DNA of 64,000 nt, from NCBI GenBank assembly GCA_964252035.1, contig OZ176201.1; one strand, written 5' to 3'. Source of the stretch: Podarcis erhardii. Lineage: Eukaryota. The notes under the pieces are model-generated. The model searched no databases. It was given only the letters and a program-made list of their open reading frames with translations, and was not told the origin of the DNA. This document shows positions 36,140-48,872 of the stretch, one piece after another. Numbering within the stretch: position 1 is the first letter of the stretch; every line of letters begins with the position of its first letter. The position numbers were made by a program, and so were the translations under genes.

Positions 36140-36410
36140 CAAGCAGAAGGTTTCAGGTGTAATCCTTGGTATCTTCAGCTAGGACTGAGTAACAAGACTT
36201 CTGCCTGAAACTCTGGAAAACAGCTATCAGTGAAAACCAGTCTTTCCCAACCTGATGCCAGATGTTTTGGACTAGAATTCCCATCAGCCCCAGCCAGCAA
36301 GACCAACAAGTGTTTTAGTCCAACAACATCTTGAGGAGGACACCAAGTTGTGGAAGGCTGATGTAGACAATACTAAGCTAAATGCACCAGTGTTAAAGAC
36401 TGCTTCCTGT
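36140..36410 (+). mobile_element. Squam3-like SINE interrupted by hAT MITE (36238-36360)
   Basis: SINE ...CTGCCTGAAACTCTGG...CAGTG then GTAGACAATACTAAGCTA. MITE TIRs CAGTCTTTCCCAAC / GTTGTGGAAGGCTG with a decayed 8-bp TSD (GTGAAAAC / ATGTAGAC). Confidence 0.6.
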
Positions 36411-38420
36411 GTAACATTGAAAACAGACTACATATAAACTTCCCATAAATTGAGTTAATTGTCCCATACCTTGTCCCATGCTATCTACGCCAATTGCCTG
36501 AGACTTGGGCAGACATGTTTCCAGCCGGAAATCTTTTAAACTGGAGGTGCTATGTGGAGACATTGTCATCTCTGAACAAGGGAATTGTCTGAATAATATA
36601 TATTCTTTGTATATACCAAGCTTTGTATTTTTATCACAATGTGCACAATTTTAACTCTTATTGTGGCTTGACCACTGCATGAGAAAAGGGAGACAGATGC
36701 TGGGGAATGGAGGAGTTATCAGATCAGGAGCAGAGTGTGGTGAAACACAGAGGTGACAGCAGAGGAGCAGAAGCCAGAGATCTTGGATGTGAAGCATGAG
36801 AGAAATGAGAGGGAAAGGGCCAAAAAAATCATGAGATGCTGTGATTTACAGAAATCGGTGGCAAAATGAATAAATGAAATATGCTGTGTCATAAAGATGT
36901 TTGTAGTGAAATATCCTGTTACTAAGGCAAAAAGAATGTGGGCTGGTCAGACTAATACTGTATGACACAGGAATTCCATCAGCCATGAATTCTGGATGTT
37001 AGTCACACAGCAAAGCTCTTTATTGAACTTTAAATTTGGTGGTCCCTTATTTAGCCCCATTGGAAGCTTGTATGCTGAATAGTGGGATATACTTTTTTGT
37101 GTGCACTGAAGACCATATCCTTGCAGGGTTTTAAAAAATGTACGATAGGTGAAAGAGGCTAACAATTGCAGCAATATTATTTTTTTAAAAAAAACAAGGG
37201 ATGAATGGTAAAGACTGGAGTGAAAAATAATGCAGTCATTAAAGGGTAGAATATGAAACTGGCTTAAGCTGTGGTTCAAAGGACCCTTTGCCAATATTCT
37301 TTGGAATTCATTTGCTTTGTTTCGTAAAGTTTATTTTTCACACACAAGCTACCTCCACAGAATCCACAGACTGCTATTTACACTCCCATAAAGTCAAAAA
37401 GCAGTTTGGGGAATTGATGTAGGAAGGGCAAATGCAGCTGCCGTGTGCATTCTAATTCCCCCTTAAAATATATAAATCCCCAAACTGCTTTTTGAACTTT
37501 GATGAGTTTGAAGAGCAGTTTGGAAAGTTTTATTTTCTGGGTGGCCCCTGAAAAGAACAATCTCCCCAAGTTCAGTTGAGTGAACTCCTCTTTGATCTGT
37601 ATTTTTTATTTAAAAGAGATGATGGTCTTCACAAGGTGTTTCAATATAGAATAGAGGTCCTTTTTATGAAAGAGACATAGAGAACAATGATGTGTGGATG
37701 TTAACTGGGTTCAGAATCTTCCAGAATCCTAAGATGTCCACAAACCAATCTACCATAAGATATATAAGAAATATATTTTGCAAAACTTTAAAACTTAAAA
37801 ATACCTATGGGTATTTTTAAAACAAATTAGAATATCCCCAATTTCAGTAAATGGGGCTATCCAAAAAGTGGCCGCCAAACACGATTGCACCAAAGGGATG
37901 AGCATCTGAATTCAGATTGTTTTATTAATAGGGGATTAGTATTCAGTAATGGTTGACATGGTCCAGATTAAACACCCTTGCCTGCGTGCCAGGGTAATTA
38001 ATTAAGGATTATCAGAGAGCATTGAACTGTCCATATGAGTGATGGAGGCAGATGTCCAAGATGGAGCAGATTGCAACCAGTGAGTGCTTAGCTTAATTGA
38101 GGAGAAGGCACAGCACAACAAACCAAGGATGCTCTCAGGCAATTCACTAACCCTGCTCCCCCCTGTAGACGAATTCTTGCAACGCTGTCTTCGTTCCCAT
38201 GTGATAATTAGGCTAAATGTCTGATGGTTTCACCTACTGGTTGTGATTCTGTTGTCTCTCAGTGTCTGTGCAGAATGGGAAAAGAATCAGGTCCTCACAG
38301 CTACCATGTAAATTAAGTGGAGAGACACATAATTTTTAAAGGATTAATTGATAATTTTTATACACCAACTCCCCCGCTTGGATCCTACGTTGCTCCTCCA
38401 TTCACAAAATGCAGAATTTA

Positions 38421-38511
38421 ATTATTGTTGTTGTTATTTAAATTTATACCCCGTCCAACTGGCTGGGTTGCTGCAGCCACTCTGGGTGCAGCCACTCTGG
38501 GTGGCTTCTAA
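38421..38511 (-). mobile_element. L2 3' tail with internal 15-bp tandem duplication
   Basis: TATACCCCGTCCAACTGGCTGGG followed by (GCAGCCACTCTGGGT)x2. Confidence 0.7.
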
Positions 38512-38572
38512 CACTCACTCAATCTTCTTCCCTGACTTTCTACTGTACTCACCATTAGTGTCTCATAACAAA

Positions 38573-38623
<51 letters not shown>

Positions 38624-38747
38624 TTATTTATACCCTGCCCATCTGGCTGAGTTTCCCTAGCCACTCTGGCAGCCCCAATCGAGCTGCTTATTTCCTTCAC
38701 ATTCCACAGGGCGGGCACCACTACCGAGAAGGCCCTCTGTCTGGTTC
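38573..38747 (-). mobile_element. L2 3' fragment with two internal deletions and (ATT)n tail
   Basis: Aligns to 34697-34935, lacking an 80-bp and a 15-bp segment. Confidence 0.8.
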
Positions 38748-39584
38748 AAATGTAACAAATGTAACTGATCTGTAGTAAAGACTTTACAACCTGAAAAAAG
38801 AGACGAGAATCAGGTCCTCACATAGACATGCATTTGTACACCAAGAAAATATTGAATTAATTTTTTTTAAGTAGTAAAAATACATCAGTAATAACAACCT
38901 GATCCAATACAAAAAGTCACAATAACTTTGAAATAAACAACTTACATCAAATAAAGCAATATTCAACAATATCAGCAAATAATAATTAAACAGGTTACAC
39001 TTATCAGTTACAATGAAGAATTACTAAACTCTAATCAATAAAAATAACAGCAAGTCACAATGCATGAAATACCACTAAACTACTCTGCCAACTTCTCCAC
39101 CTGATATTCCCTGCACTGCATCCCACACCATTCCTAAGGGTTAACCAGCTCACAGGTGCAGATTTTCAAGAGGGGACAGCAGGCTGTAGAGCAAAGGGGG
39201 AGGCAGGACCACCCTTTTCTGTGAATATAAACTCTACTCACAAAAGCAAAGCTACAATAGAAACCAATGGGCAGTGCCCTGATTTAAATATTTGTTAGGA
39301 GTTTGCTCACATGATGCAGAGAACTAGTATCATCCACATTTCAGCCAGGGCCTGACATGAATGGCACATTCAAATATACATGATGGGGTACTTTCTGATC
39401 CATCCTTTTTGAAAACAAAGTCTATAAGGCAAAGACAAAGCTTACGTGTTTGAAAGGAAACCATTACTTTTTATGTTGGTTTTGTGTCCAGATAAATCTT
39501 CTCCATTGTTTGCTTTCATTAACTTAGATCTTTCAAAGACTTGTATTAAATGTCCAACCTTTTCCTCCCACCCGCTGTCTGTAG

Positions 39585-39659
39585 TACAATGAAGAACTGC
39601 ACTACGTAGAACCTTGCTTGAATGGAACATTAGTTCAAGCAGACAGAGCCAACAAAGAG
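39585..39659 (+). CDS. CACNA2D3: CACNA2D3 coding exon (exon 9 equivalent), 75 nt, phase 0-0
   Basis: Not in the ORF track; found by reading the sequence. ctgtAG acceptor, GAG/GTAAGA donor. Translates YNEELHYVEPCLNGTLVQADRANKE. Confidence 0.96.
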
Positions 39660-40096
39660 GTAAGAAATAATGGAAATTGTATGAAACAGCAAAGGCCATG
39701 CATGAGATGACTACCATGATTTCCTAATGGATGAAATCCCATTGTTTGATTGGATGCAACGTATGGTTCTTCTGCTCATTTAAACGACAGGTGTATGATG
39801 AGGCTGCATATGATCAGTGGAGATATCACTGAAGTGTGCCTCTTTCAGGTTAAGGAATGAGCTTCAGGGGCTCCGTATTTCTCCTTTCAAAGTCAGGGGA
39901 GCATCTGAAACCTTGGAATTCTTCAGTGTTGAGGGGGCTGAGTGCAGAGTCGAGCATGGCTTCAGTAGCCGGCTCCTCCTCCTCCTGCCATGGAGCCAAT
40001 CTGACAGAACCCAAAGGAAGCTGGCTCATCTCTCCAGATGAAGTTAGGCAACCCAATGCCAATGGGTTCCTGGCTTTTTATGTGGGGAAATACAAC

Positions 40097-40921
40097 TGTC
40101 AGAGCTGCCCGAAGTCCCAGCTCACAGAGGACCAATGCCAGGTCGTTGTTATATACAAAAGTCTTTATTGAAGTTCAGTCTCTATTTCAAAACCGTGGCG
40201 CGCAGCTCTACGTCTTAAACCCTAGACCGCCGAAGCTCCGTCTGAATCTCCTCCCCTCTGACACCAGTTTAAGACTCTAGACCTGCTCCACCTCTTCCTC
40301 TGCTCTCTCCTCCTCTGGGTCCTCCTGTCCGCTGGGGCATTCCCCTTTCTGGACTCTTCTGACGCTGAGTCCCCTGACTCCTCCCCCTGCCTCCGGCGGG
40401 CTTTAGGACCTGGTTCCCAATCCGGGTTCTCTGCTGTCCCGCGCGCCTGTACATTTGAACTTGGCTCTCGCGCCAACCCAGTGACCTTCCTCCTGACCGT
40501 TACACTGCTTCTGTCACTACTTCCCTCTTCTGGGAGGCTAGCTGGACCTGGCCTCCCCTCCATTCCCTGACTCTCCGATGGAGGTGTGGTCAGCCCTGAC
40601 TCATCTTCTCTCCCTGCTGGGGGAGACGCTGGCCCCGAGCTCTGGGACTCTTCCCCCCCACTACGCTCTGGTGGGGAAGCTGGTCCTGATCTCCAACTGC
40701 TGCTCTGGGAGTCCCCGCTGGCCCCTTGCTCCTGGAGTGTCCCCTTTTGGACCCCCCTTGCCCTGGCCACCGGCGCCCCCTTCTGTGAATCTTCTGATTC
40801 GCTGGAGAGGCTCATGGAATCTCTCGGGCCACTGTCATCTTCTCCTACGCTGCCCTCAGATTCTTCCCCTTCGCTCTCCATTTCCTCTCTTCCCTGTGCC
40901 TCTGCTCCTGAGCCCCTGACA
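40097..40921 (-). mobile_element. Solo LTR (825 bp, probably Gypsy-type), LTR-A
   Basis: Termini TGTCAG...CTGACA and a 5-bp TSD ACAAC (40092-40096 / 40922-40926). AATAAA on the minus strand at 40164-40169. No PBS or internal region adjacent. Confidence 0.88.
40222..40881 (-). CDS. Putative LTR-encoded 219-aa disordered protein (acidic/Ser-Pro-rich, Arg-rich C-terminus)
   Basis: ATG in GAAATGG context, 40 nt inside the LTR. The frame is open from the LTR edge and the C-terminal motif is shared with the LTR-B ORF. Expression is not shown. Confidence 0.5.
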   Translation of the reverse strand: MESEGEESEGSVGEDDSGPRDSMSLSSESEDSQKGAPVARARGVQKGTLQEQGASGDSQSSSWRSGPASPPERSGGEESQSSGPASPPAGREDESGLTTPPSESQGMEGRPGPASLPEEGSSDRSSVTVRRKVTGLAREPSSNVQARGTAENPDWEPGPKARRRQGEESGDSASEESRKGNAPADRRTQRRREQRKRWSRSRVLNWCQRGGDSDGASAV

Positions 40922-42792
40922 ACAACATTTTATAAAGTGGCTGGAAATGTTGCTCTGTTAGTGCCATATAAGGACCACACACAAAAATCCCATGATACAG
41001 GGTGTACTTCTTGCTTAAAATAGAATCTGTATCGGACAACCATAGCAATATAATAAGTATTGTTGGTTCTTTCATAAAATTTCCATCTATTGTTGAACCA
41101 GTTTTAGTCTACGTACTTGGTATAAAATCCACCATTTTTTAGGCTTTCTTCTTAATCTGTTCACTGTGTGTTTCCAGAAACAGCTCCTCACTGTGCTCAT
41201 TGCTGTAACAATATTACCAGGAACTTACCCAGTCTGCCAGAAGATAATTGCTTTCAGTATCAGAATGTAAGCAAAGTAAAGGGTGGTGCAGGCAATCAGA
41301 TACACATGAAGTGGTCTGGAATACTTGGCAGCCGTGGAACATTTTAGCCGATGTCTTCGTAACTGCAGCTAATGAGACTAGGAATGGTTTTGAGGCTTTC
41401 AGCAAACTAGGTGACTGTGTGGTGCATTAAAGTTGGGTGGAACTGACATCTGTTGTTGGAATCTGATACAAATGTTCAAGCTCACGGATTCCTTTCTTTG
41501 GGCACAAAGGGAAAAAGAGAGAAGCTAAACTTGAGCTTACATAAAAGCAAGTAGGCACTCCAAGCAGAAAGGGCCGTTGACAACAAGAACCTCAAATAGA
41601 TGTGACCAATAAAGGGTTAAACAAGAGTTGGCTCTCAAAACAAAGATCCCTGATTAATTCATTCTTTTTTCCTGCAGTCTAGAAGAGCCATTAGCTTCAT
41701 TTCCCTAGATGGTCTTTGGAAAAAGCATTGTGGAGATTTGTGGTGAAGTAGTTGAAATCTCCCAAAGCATGTGGGGAGCCAAGCTCCTTCACACGAATGG
41801 CTCCCCACCACACATTTCTGTTTGAAATGGCCACCCATGTGGCAAGGTTACAGTATGAACTGAACCCAAGGTGAAGTTGTTACTCCTTCAACAACAAGTT
41901 TGATCTTGCAAGGTGTTGTTGGTCTCTGTTGGTTCCAGTATGGGCTGGCAGTGTCAAATAGCTACCTCAGCTGAACTGTCTGGGAAGGCTCTGCTGATAC
42001 ACGTAAGAAACACAGGGAGCTGCCTTCTCAGACCGTTTGACCATGTAGTCCAGTGTTGCCTGCTTTGACTGGCAGAGGCCACTCACATTACCCAAACTGT
42101 ATAGAGTTAGGCAAATTTCCATGGAAAGCAATGTGCTGTAATTTATGCCGTTAATATGAGTAAGGGGGTAGTAATGACAAATGTATCTAGATATATTGTG
42201 GCTTTATTTTACAATTGTTCTTAAACAACACTGCGCTTTAGGTCCATGTATAGTTTTAAGAACGCTATGATTTTGTATCTTTCTTAATGCTTCATTCTGT
42301 ATTGTTTCTGGTGTTGTTGTTTTACCGTGTGATACAGTCTCCGTCTTTTTGCTTTTACGGATGTTACAGATACACACACACACACACACACACACACGTG
42401 TAAGATTTGGCTGATTTAAAAAAAAATCATTCTTTTAGATACCACAGAAAAAAATGTAGACCATATTCTTAGCTTTACAGTTTGCATGTTGATAGGAATT
42501 ATTTTTGACAGATTGAATTTGCTGCTTTTGCCAACTGGTGTTAAGCAATGGTAAACTGACAGCTTGCTTAATGCCATTTTATTCCATTATGTACTTATTA
42601 ATTAGTACTTGGTGCCACAGTAATTATACTATTGAATAGTCTGAAGATTAATTGCAGAAGCATCCTCTTGTAAAAACATGTGTCCTGTGATGGAAAATAT
42701 CTTCTAGTTTTACCGCCTTCTTTGGGATGAAAAGAGGGGTGAAATATATTGTGTTCTGAAACCATACAAAGATGTTTGCCAAAGGGTAAAGA

Positions 42793-42867
42793 TACTATAC
42801 TATACTGTACAATACTAAACCATACCATACCATACCATACCATACCATACCATACCATACCATACAA
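42793..42867 (+). repeat. Pentanucleotide array, 15 units (TACTA/TACCA variants)
   Basis: tacta tacta tactg tacaa tacta aacca (tacca)8 tacaa. Confidence 0.9.
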
Positions 42868-43021
42868 TAAACAGGGCCCTAACATAGTTTTGAAAGACTA
42901 AAGGAGCAGTGGTGATGACTGTTAAATTATAGCATGGTATAACACCTACAAAGCAGAAGTTCCAAAACATCTTTAGCAATTCATAATCCAAGTTTATTAA
43001 AATATAGGGCAACATATCTCT

Positions 43022-43023
<2 letters not shown>

Positions 43024-43056
<33 letters not shown>

Positions 43057-43077
43057 AATAATAATAATAATAATAAT
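43024..43077. repeat. (ATT)10(AAT)8 head-to-head microsatellite containing a 48-bp perfect palindrome
   Basis: Read directly; no spacer between the arms. Confidence 0.9.
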
Positions 43078-43158
43078 TTACCCATCCTTCACCCTAATGT
43101 CCCAATGAAATATATTGGCTATAACCAGATTAGAATTCTCCTCTTGAAAATTAGACAG

Positions 43159-43193
<35 letters not shown>

Positions 43194-46100
43194 TGCTTGT
43201 ATCCCACCCATTAGACTGTGTTGCTCCTAGAACATGTTTAAGTCATTTTTTAAAGGTTCTAGAAAGCCTGTTATCTGGGTTTGAGAGCTCAGCCAAGAGG
43301 TAGTCTTTAATTGTATGTTATTAGTTCATCATTCTAGAACATTCTGTGCTGTACCAGTTGGCTTCCAGTTATGCAGTAGGCTTTCCCCTTCTCTTCTCCT
43401 CTCCGCTGCAGCTCCCTTAACTCTGCTCCAGAAGGAGTCCCAATTGTGGGGCTGCAGACAGTCCACAGCAGCATTGGATGCTGCCCAATGAGCATAAGCA
43501 AAAACCCCTATGGCTGGCTTCTCATCCATGAGAAAGGGGTGCTAGTCCCATTTTCAAGACTCCTAGACATTTTTATCTGAGCTATTTTTCTGTGGCCAGA
43601 TGAAAGTTGTGATTCTATTTATGTTGTAGCATATTAATTGGTATCCTCTTCATTCTACTGTCCACTCTTAAGGGTGAGGGTAAAATTCTGCATCAACATG
43701 CTGCTTGGGGGAAAAATTACCTACTGCTGAGAGTGGATTACCAAACCTCAAGAGAGCAAACTCTCTAGATAATGGGTGGGTGGGTGGGGGATTAGCAATC
43801 ATGGGTGGAGGGAGGATTTACCTTGGGACCATTGCACTGGAAGAGGAGGGCTTAACTCTGGCTCTTGCACAGTTCTTCTGACTTAAACTTTCCCCTTCCT
43901 CTGCTCGTATTAACCACACATGAAGAATAGACATGTACAGGACTGGCAACTTTTCTCACCCATAATTAAAAGTACCTTCTGAGAGAATTGGGAAAAGCTT
44001 AAATACACCCACACCTTATTAATTCCAGCACAATAGTTCTGGATCAATAGTGTTTTCCACCCATAACCCATAGCCTGCCAACAGCTGTATTTAACCAAAG
44101 GTGGGGGCGGGGGAATGTTAGGATATCCAGTCTAGAGTCTCCCACATCACATCTCATTTGGCCCTGCAATGCAACATTTCTCTCTATGCTCCTTGCACAG
44201 ATCAGTGCAACAAATAAGTTCTTACTCTGTATACACCCCACCCATCTTAATTACAGGCATTTTGTAATAAAAAGTTGTTCCAGTAAGTATTCATGTTGTT
44301 TCTTTTTTTTTTTTTTCAAAAAGTTTAATTCTACTTTAGTTGAGACTGTTCATTTGTCAGTTTATAGACAAAGAGAGTTTTGAGAAACATCTGAATCAAA
44401 TGAAGTGTTTTAATGAATTGAGTTAAGTGGCAAGGTTAGTGTCAGATATGACAGGGTGATGTTAAAGTATTTGATATGTTTACATGAACAGCATGCACTA
44501 GAATAAATTTATGGGAAGGAAGCAGGCCACCTAGTTCCAAAATGTTTTATTAAGGCGTTCTGTTTCTGTTATAATTATAAAACACTGGTTTTGAATAGTG
44601 TATGCTTTTTGTGTGTGTGCAATATATGCAACTATGTAGTACCAACTGAGTTTCCAGTTAAAATTAAGTACTGTACCATAATTTGATGCAGTCAATTTGT
44701 TTTGCATTTCTATTATGCTGGCTTCTCAGTCCCATTTGAAAGAGTTCCTATAAATGTGCTTGGGCTGGTTCATTGAATTTCCCAATATGTTGCTGTAGGA
44801 GGCTTGTGATGTCTTTACTTTTTATTGTGTATAGAACATCCTTTGCAAAGTTGGGTGCACATAGTGCTTTTTTGGGGAGGGAGGGGGAAACTCAAGGGTA
44901 CGCAGTACCAGCACCTTTTTTGTTTTGTTAAAATGTGCGGTACTTACTGTAATAATTTTATTGTGAGTACCAGAACCTATTTTTCTAGGAAAAATAGCAC
45001 TGAGTGTACACATATACTTCTGTGTCCCATATGTGCAAACCAAGAAACATACAGTGTGTGTGTAGGGGGCACACAATGGATTATGCCTTTCTATGGGTAT
45101 AGGCCACCTAGTGATACTCCATGTGCAGTGTGAGGTTGGGGCTCACACAAGCCTGAAACTACACACTGTGGAACCATGTGAACTAGACGGACGGCAGATT
45201 CAAATTTCCATTTTAATGTAGAACAGTTGCCACAAGTGGATATCCCTATCAATTTCCACGTGGTCATATCAAAGTGCCCTTCTTTGGTGATATGGCAAAT
45301 TGCCATGGCTGTAAAACTTAACAAACATGGGATTCAAATGTGTATGTGTGAGAGAGAGTTTTATCTCTGCCCCCTTCATCCCGCAGCTCCTCCGAGTTTC
45401 AGGAATAACTTTGACACAAGAAGAGCCGGGGCTCAGAAGCACTGCAGTGCAGCTGTACGTAACCACCCCTTGGATCCCAGCTGACATGATCTTAGGATCT
45501 AGTAGCTTGTGGTCTTGCAATGTGGGGGCATATCCATAAGAACTCTTACCTTGATATGTAAACATTTATGGGAAAAGCAATTCTGTGGTTAATCATCTAC
45601 CTCTAAAGTGGTCATGTGGGTCGACCTTGCCATATTCACTCAAAACTAAAGTTCAGTGTATGGTGAAATTTGCAATCATCTTAAGTATAATGCGGGAATC
45701 TGGATTTGCATCTCCTTGAGCTAAACAGTAAAAACATACATTTCTTCTCTTACATAGTACCAGTCTGGTTTATATTATAGTTTTGTTATTAAGCTGGTCT
45801 TGCCTTTCAGTGTATCAATTTGTAAAACATTCCTTTTTTTTCTTTTCAAAGTGGGAAATAGTGCAGACAGTATTTTATCATTGTCTGTACTTTTCCTGCA
45901 AAATTACAAACATGTGCAATTGCCTGGTTTAATACGTGTTTAGTTGGGCCAAGAGGTTTTCATGTCTGAGAAACTCCATATTACAATTTCCTACCTCTTA
46001 GGAATTATATGACTATCTGATTTAATGCAACTCCACATTTACGGCAACAGTATCGCAATTTGCATTCTTGCTTTATACATTAAGCTCTCTCTCACACACA

Positions 46101-47347
46101 TTATTCTAAATACTTCCAGATGAAATTAAGTTGACAGAGCATCTCAGTGATAGATACATAATAAATGAAATTAGGAATCAACCCCTATATATATTGCAAC
46201 TATAGCTGTGGCAGTGAGATCTCTGATGCTGGTTGGCTGAACTGGTATAATGACACAGAATGTTCAGCTATCTCATTTATGCTCCTATTGCCCAGTCAAT
46301 TTATGGCACGATAAAAGCATTTTCCTCATTTGCTGGGCCCAGCCCTCATATCTTTTTTTTACCTTATTTTATTATTATTAAAAAGAATGTATCCCATCTT
46401 TTGGTAGCGTTCAAGGTGGATAGCAATATACAATCAAATTTCAGAGTATAACAAAAGTTCCTTCCTCTCTCTGCAGCAATGTGAACCTTCTGTTGAATTT
46501 TATTTCATCAGCACAGAGTCATATCCAGTTGTGTCTCTTTACTCACAGAAGGCTTCCATGAATGGGAAGCGGAGGTAATTTCTCCAGTTTTTCCTGCAGC
46601 CACCTACCAGACTTTCCTTTAACTGACTGGAGCAAACTGGAATCTTATTGCATCAACCTAACTATTTATACTCTTACTTTTGACTAAACATATACATGGC
46701 TGGGTTTTCAGGCTTCCAAATTTTTGGAGCCAAGTTGAGAACAGGAACCCAGTTATGAATAGGTATCTGCTAGCAATACAATTGACGTGTAGAATTGGAG
46801 AATTTTCAAAAAGAAATTCCCCAGTTTGGAAGTCAATAGTTAATTATAGGCCAAATTCAAATTATTCAAAATTTGAGCCTCATATTGAAGCGACTCAACA
46901 CCAACACTCCCTGCTCCTACTTAATAAAATATGTTCCCTTTCTGTTGAAAATTAGCTTTCTGTGACAATGATAGGGACTGCTGCTGGGGCCTTTAGCAGG
47001 CAGCAGCAAAAACATGTGTGCCACGTTCTTGAGAATTGTGATTTGGGATCCAGAAACCCTGGGAAACTACAAAGTTGCATCAAAGTACAGGGGTTGTATC
47101 CAATGCTGTGCGAACAGAGTTCCACTCATGCTGTGGAACTTCTGTTTTCCTCTCTTCCCATGCAGGTTGCCAAAATCTGCTCCGAGGGTTCCCCAATCTG
47201 ATGCTGATTTTGAGGGGTGGGATGGAGGGTACAGGGGGAAAAAAGGAAGTTCTATGGCAAATATAGAAGTCTGTTTTGCCTTCAGAGCTGCAACTTTGGA
47301 TATCGCCCCAGAAATCCTGGTGTTCATTTCCTTGAGCAATCTCAGCA

Positions 47348-47730
47348 GCAAAATGTGTTATGCTGGTGGTCAACAAAAGAGGCTTAAAGACTGTCTCAAG
47401 GCAAATTTTAAAAAATGTAGTATAAACACCGACAACTGGGAAACACTGACTGCGTGTGCTCCAGTTGGAGAACAGCCTTTACCAAAGGTGTCATGGACTT
47501 TGAAGGTACTCAAACTCAGAACGCAAGGGAGAAATGTGCTAAAAGGAAGGCACGCTTGGCAAATCCACACCATGATCAACTCCCACCCGGGAAGCAATGT
47601 CCCCACTGTTGAAGGATGTGTGGGTCCAGAATTGGCCTCCACAGTCACTTACAGACTCATTGTTAAAACCGTGTTTATGGAAGACAATCTTACTCGGCTA
47701 TGAGTGATTGCCAAAAAAGAAGAAGAAGAA
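47348..47730 (+). mobile_element. RTE-clade LINE 3' fragment (second family) with (AAG)n tail
   Basis: GGQQKRLKDCLKANFKKCSINTDNWETL, then in a shifted frame WRTAFTKGV...CPHC.RMCGSRIGLHSHL..H. Confidence 0.8.
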
Positions 47731-48640
47731 CTCTTGTCCATTTTGTTGTGTTTAAGATATCCTGTCAGCCATCCCAAGGTCTTTGGATAGTAGATGGGGA
47801 ATAGATAAATAAATAAATTTGCTTATTTCCTGAGTACACACAGTGAAATTCTGTTTACATTGGTGAATATTTATTTGCCAACTTTTGTAGTGGTTTTTCT
47901 TTGATCGTACACTGTTTGTTTCAGATTGTAATTAAAGTTTCCCCACAGTGTTTTTTTCTAAAATTAATTGGTTGATTATTCTAATGCATGCCACTGTCTA
48001 ATTAACATCATGTTAGCGTATAAATATAATGGGGAAAGGCTTATTGCAAGCTTAAAAATTTAAAATCCAAAGAAGTACTACTGGGGAAACGTTCATGCTG
48101 AAGAGGCTAAAAAGTTTTCCCATCTCGTTTCCTATTAATGTTAAAGGAACACTTTTTTAATTTGTCCCATAGGTGCATTTCGGTACAGTCTAATTCATGG
48201 TTTCAGTTTCAGAAGTGCAAGGTTAAGGTGGGTGAGAGTTAGACTGTTCCCATCTTTAATTAGGGAAGTTTATTGTTCCCCATTGGAAATATTCAAAAGT
48301 TTAAGTCTGCTTATGTTTTCAGTTACGAAATGTTGCATCACATTCCTTCCCTCCGCTCATACAAGGCACAGGGACTACTTGTAGCTACTTGTAGCTGCAA
48401 ATGGTGTTATATCTCATGCACCAAGCCACCAGTCTTCCTGCTGCCTTTCCATAATTGTAACGCTGCTGGAGATTGAATGGTGTGGTAATGCCAAGGCAGA
48501 TGCCATGGTGCACAGGACTCAAAGAGTCCACGCTGGGATGCCTTTGCCATTCCCTTGAGTTTTCATCGACAGTTTCTAGGGTTTGGACACTGCTTTGTGA
48601 GTTTGAATTTTGAGAAACAGTTTGAAAAGCTACTCAAGTA

Positions 48641-48872
48641 GTGTATCCATAGCAGTGACCAGAGGATGAATGACTGCTGAGAGGAGTGCAGAGAGAAGAA
48701 ACAACATGGTGCATCTGCAGCAACACAAGTGGACACCTTCCCCACCTGCAACAAAACATGTCTCTTCCTCATCAGTCTCTACAGCTACAGCAGGAGCTGC
48801 AACCTTCCAACAGTTTGACTGCAATGGTGTGCTCCTCCCTTGTCTCATGACAGACAGATGCCAACCAACAAA
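48641..48872 (+). mobile_element. RTE-clade LINE 3' fragment (same family as 22.7 kb copy)
   Basis: Shares GTATCCA.AGCAGTGACCAGAGGA...CACCTGCAA.AAAACATGTCTC...CAGATGCCAAC with 22845-23082. Confidence 0.75.

Noticed and set aside
42598-43015. ORFs with WYGMV repeats, and others with poly-Ile, poly-Asn or CV runs
   Set aside because: Translations of microsatellites.
47014-47703. 229-aa ORF as a novel gene
   Set aside because: The 3' half is an RTE LINE fragment that changes frame part-way. The 5' half has no recognisable coding signal.
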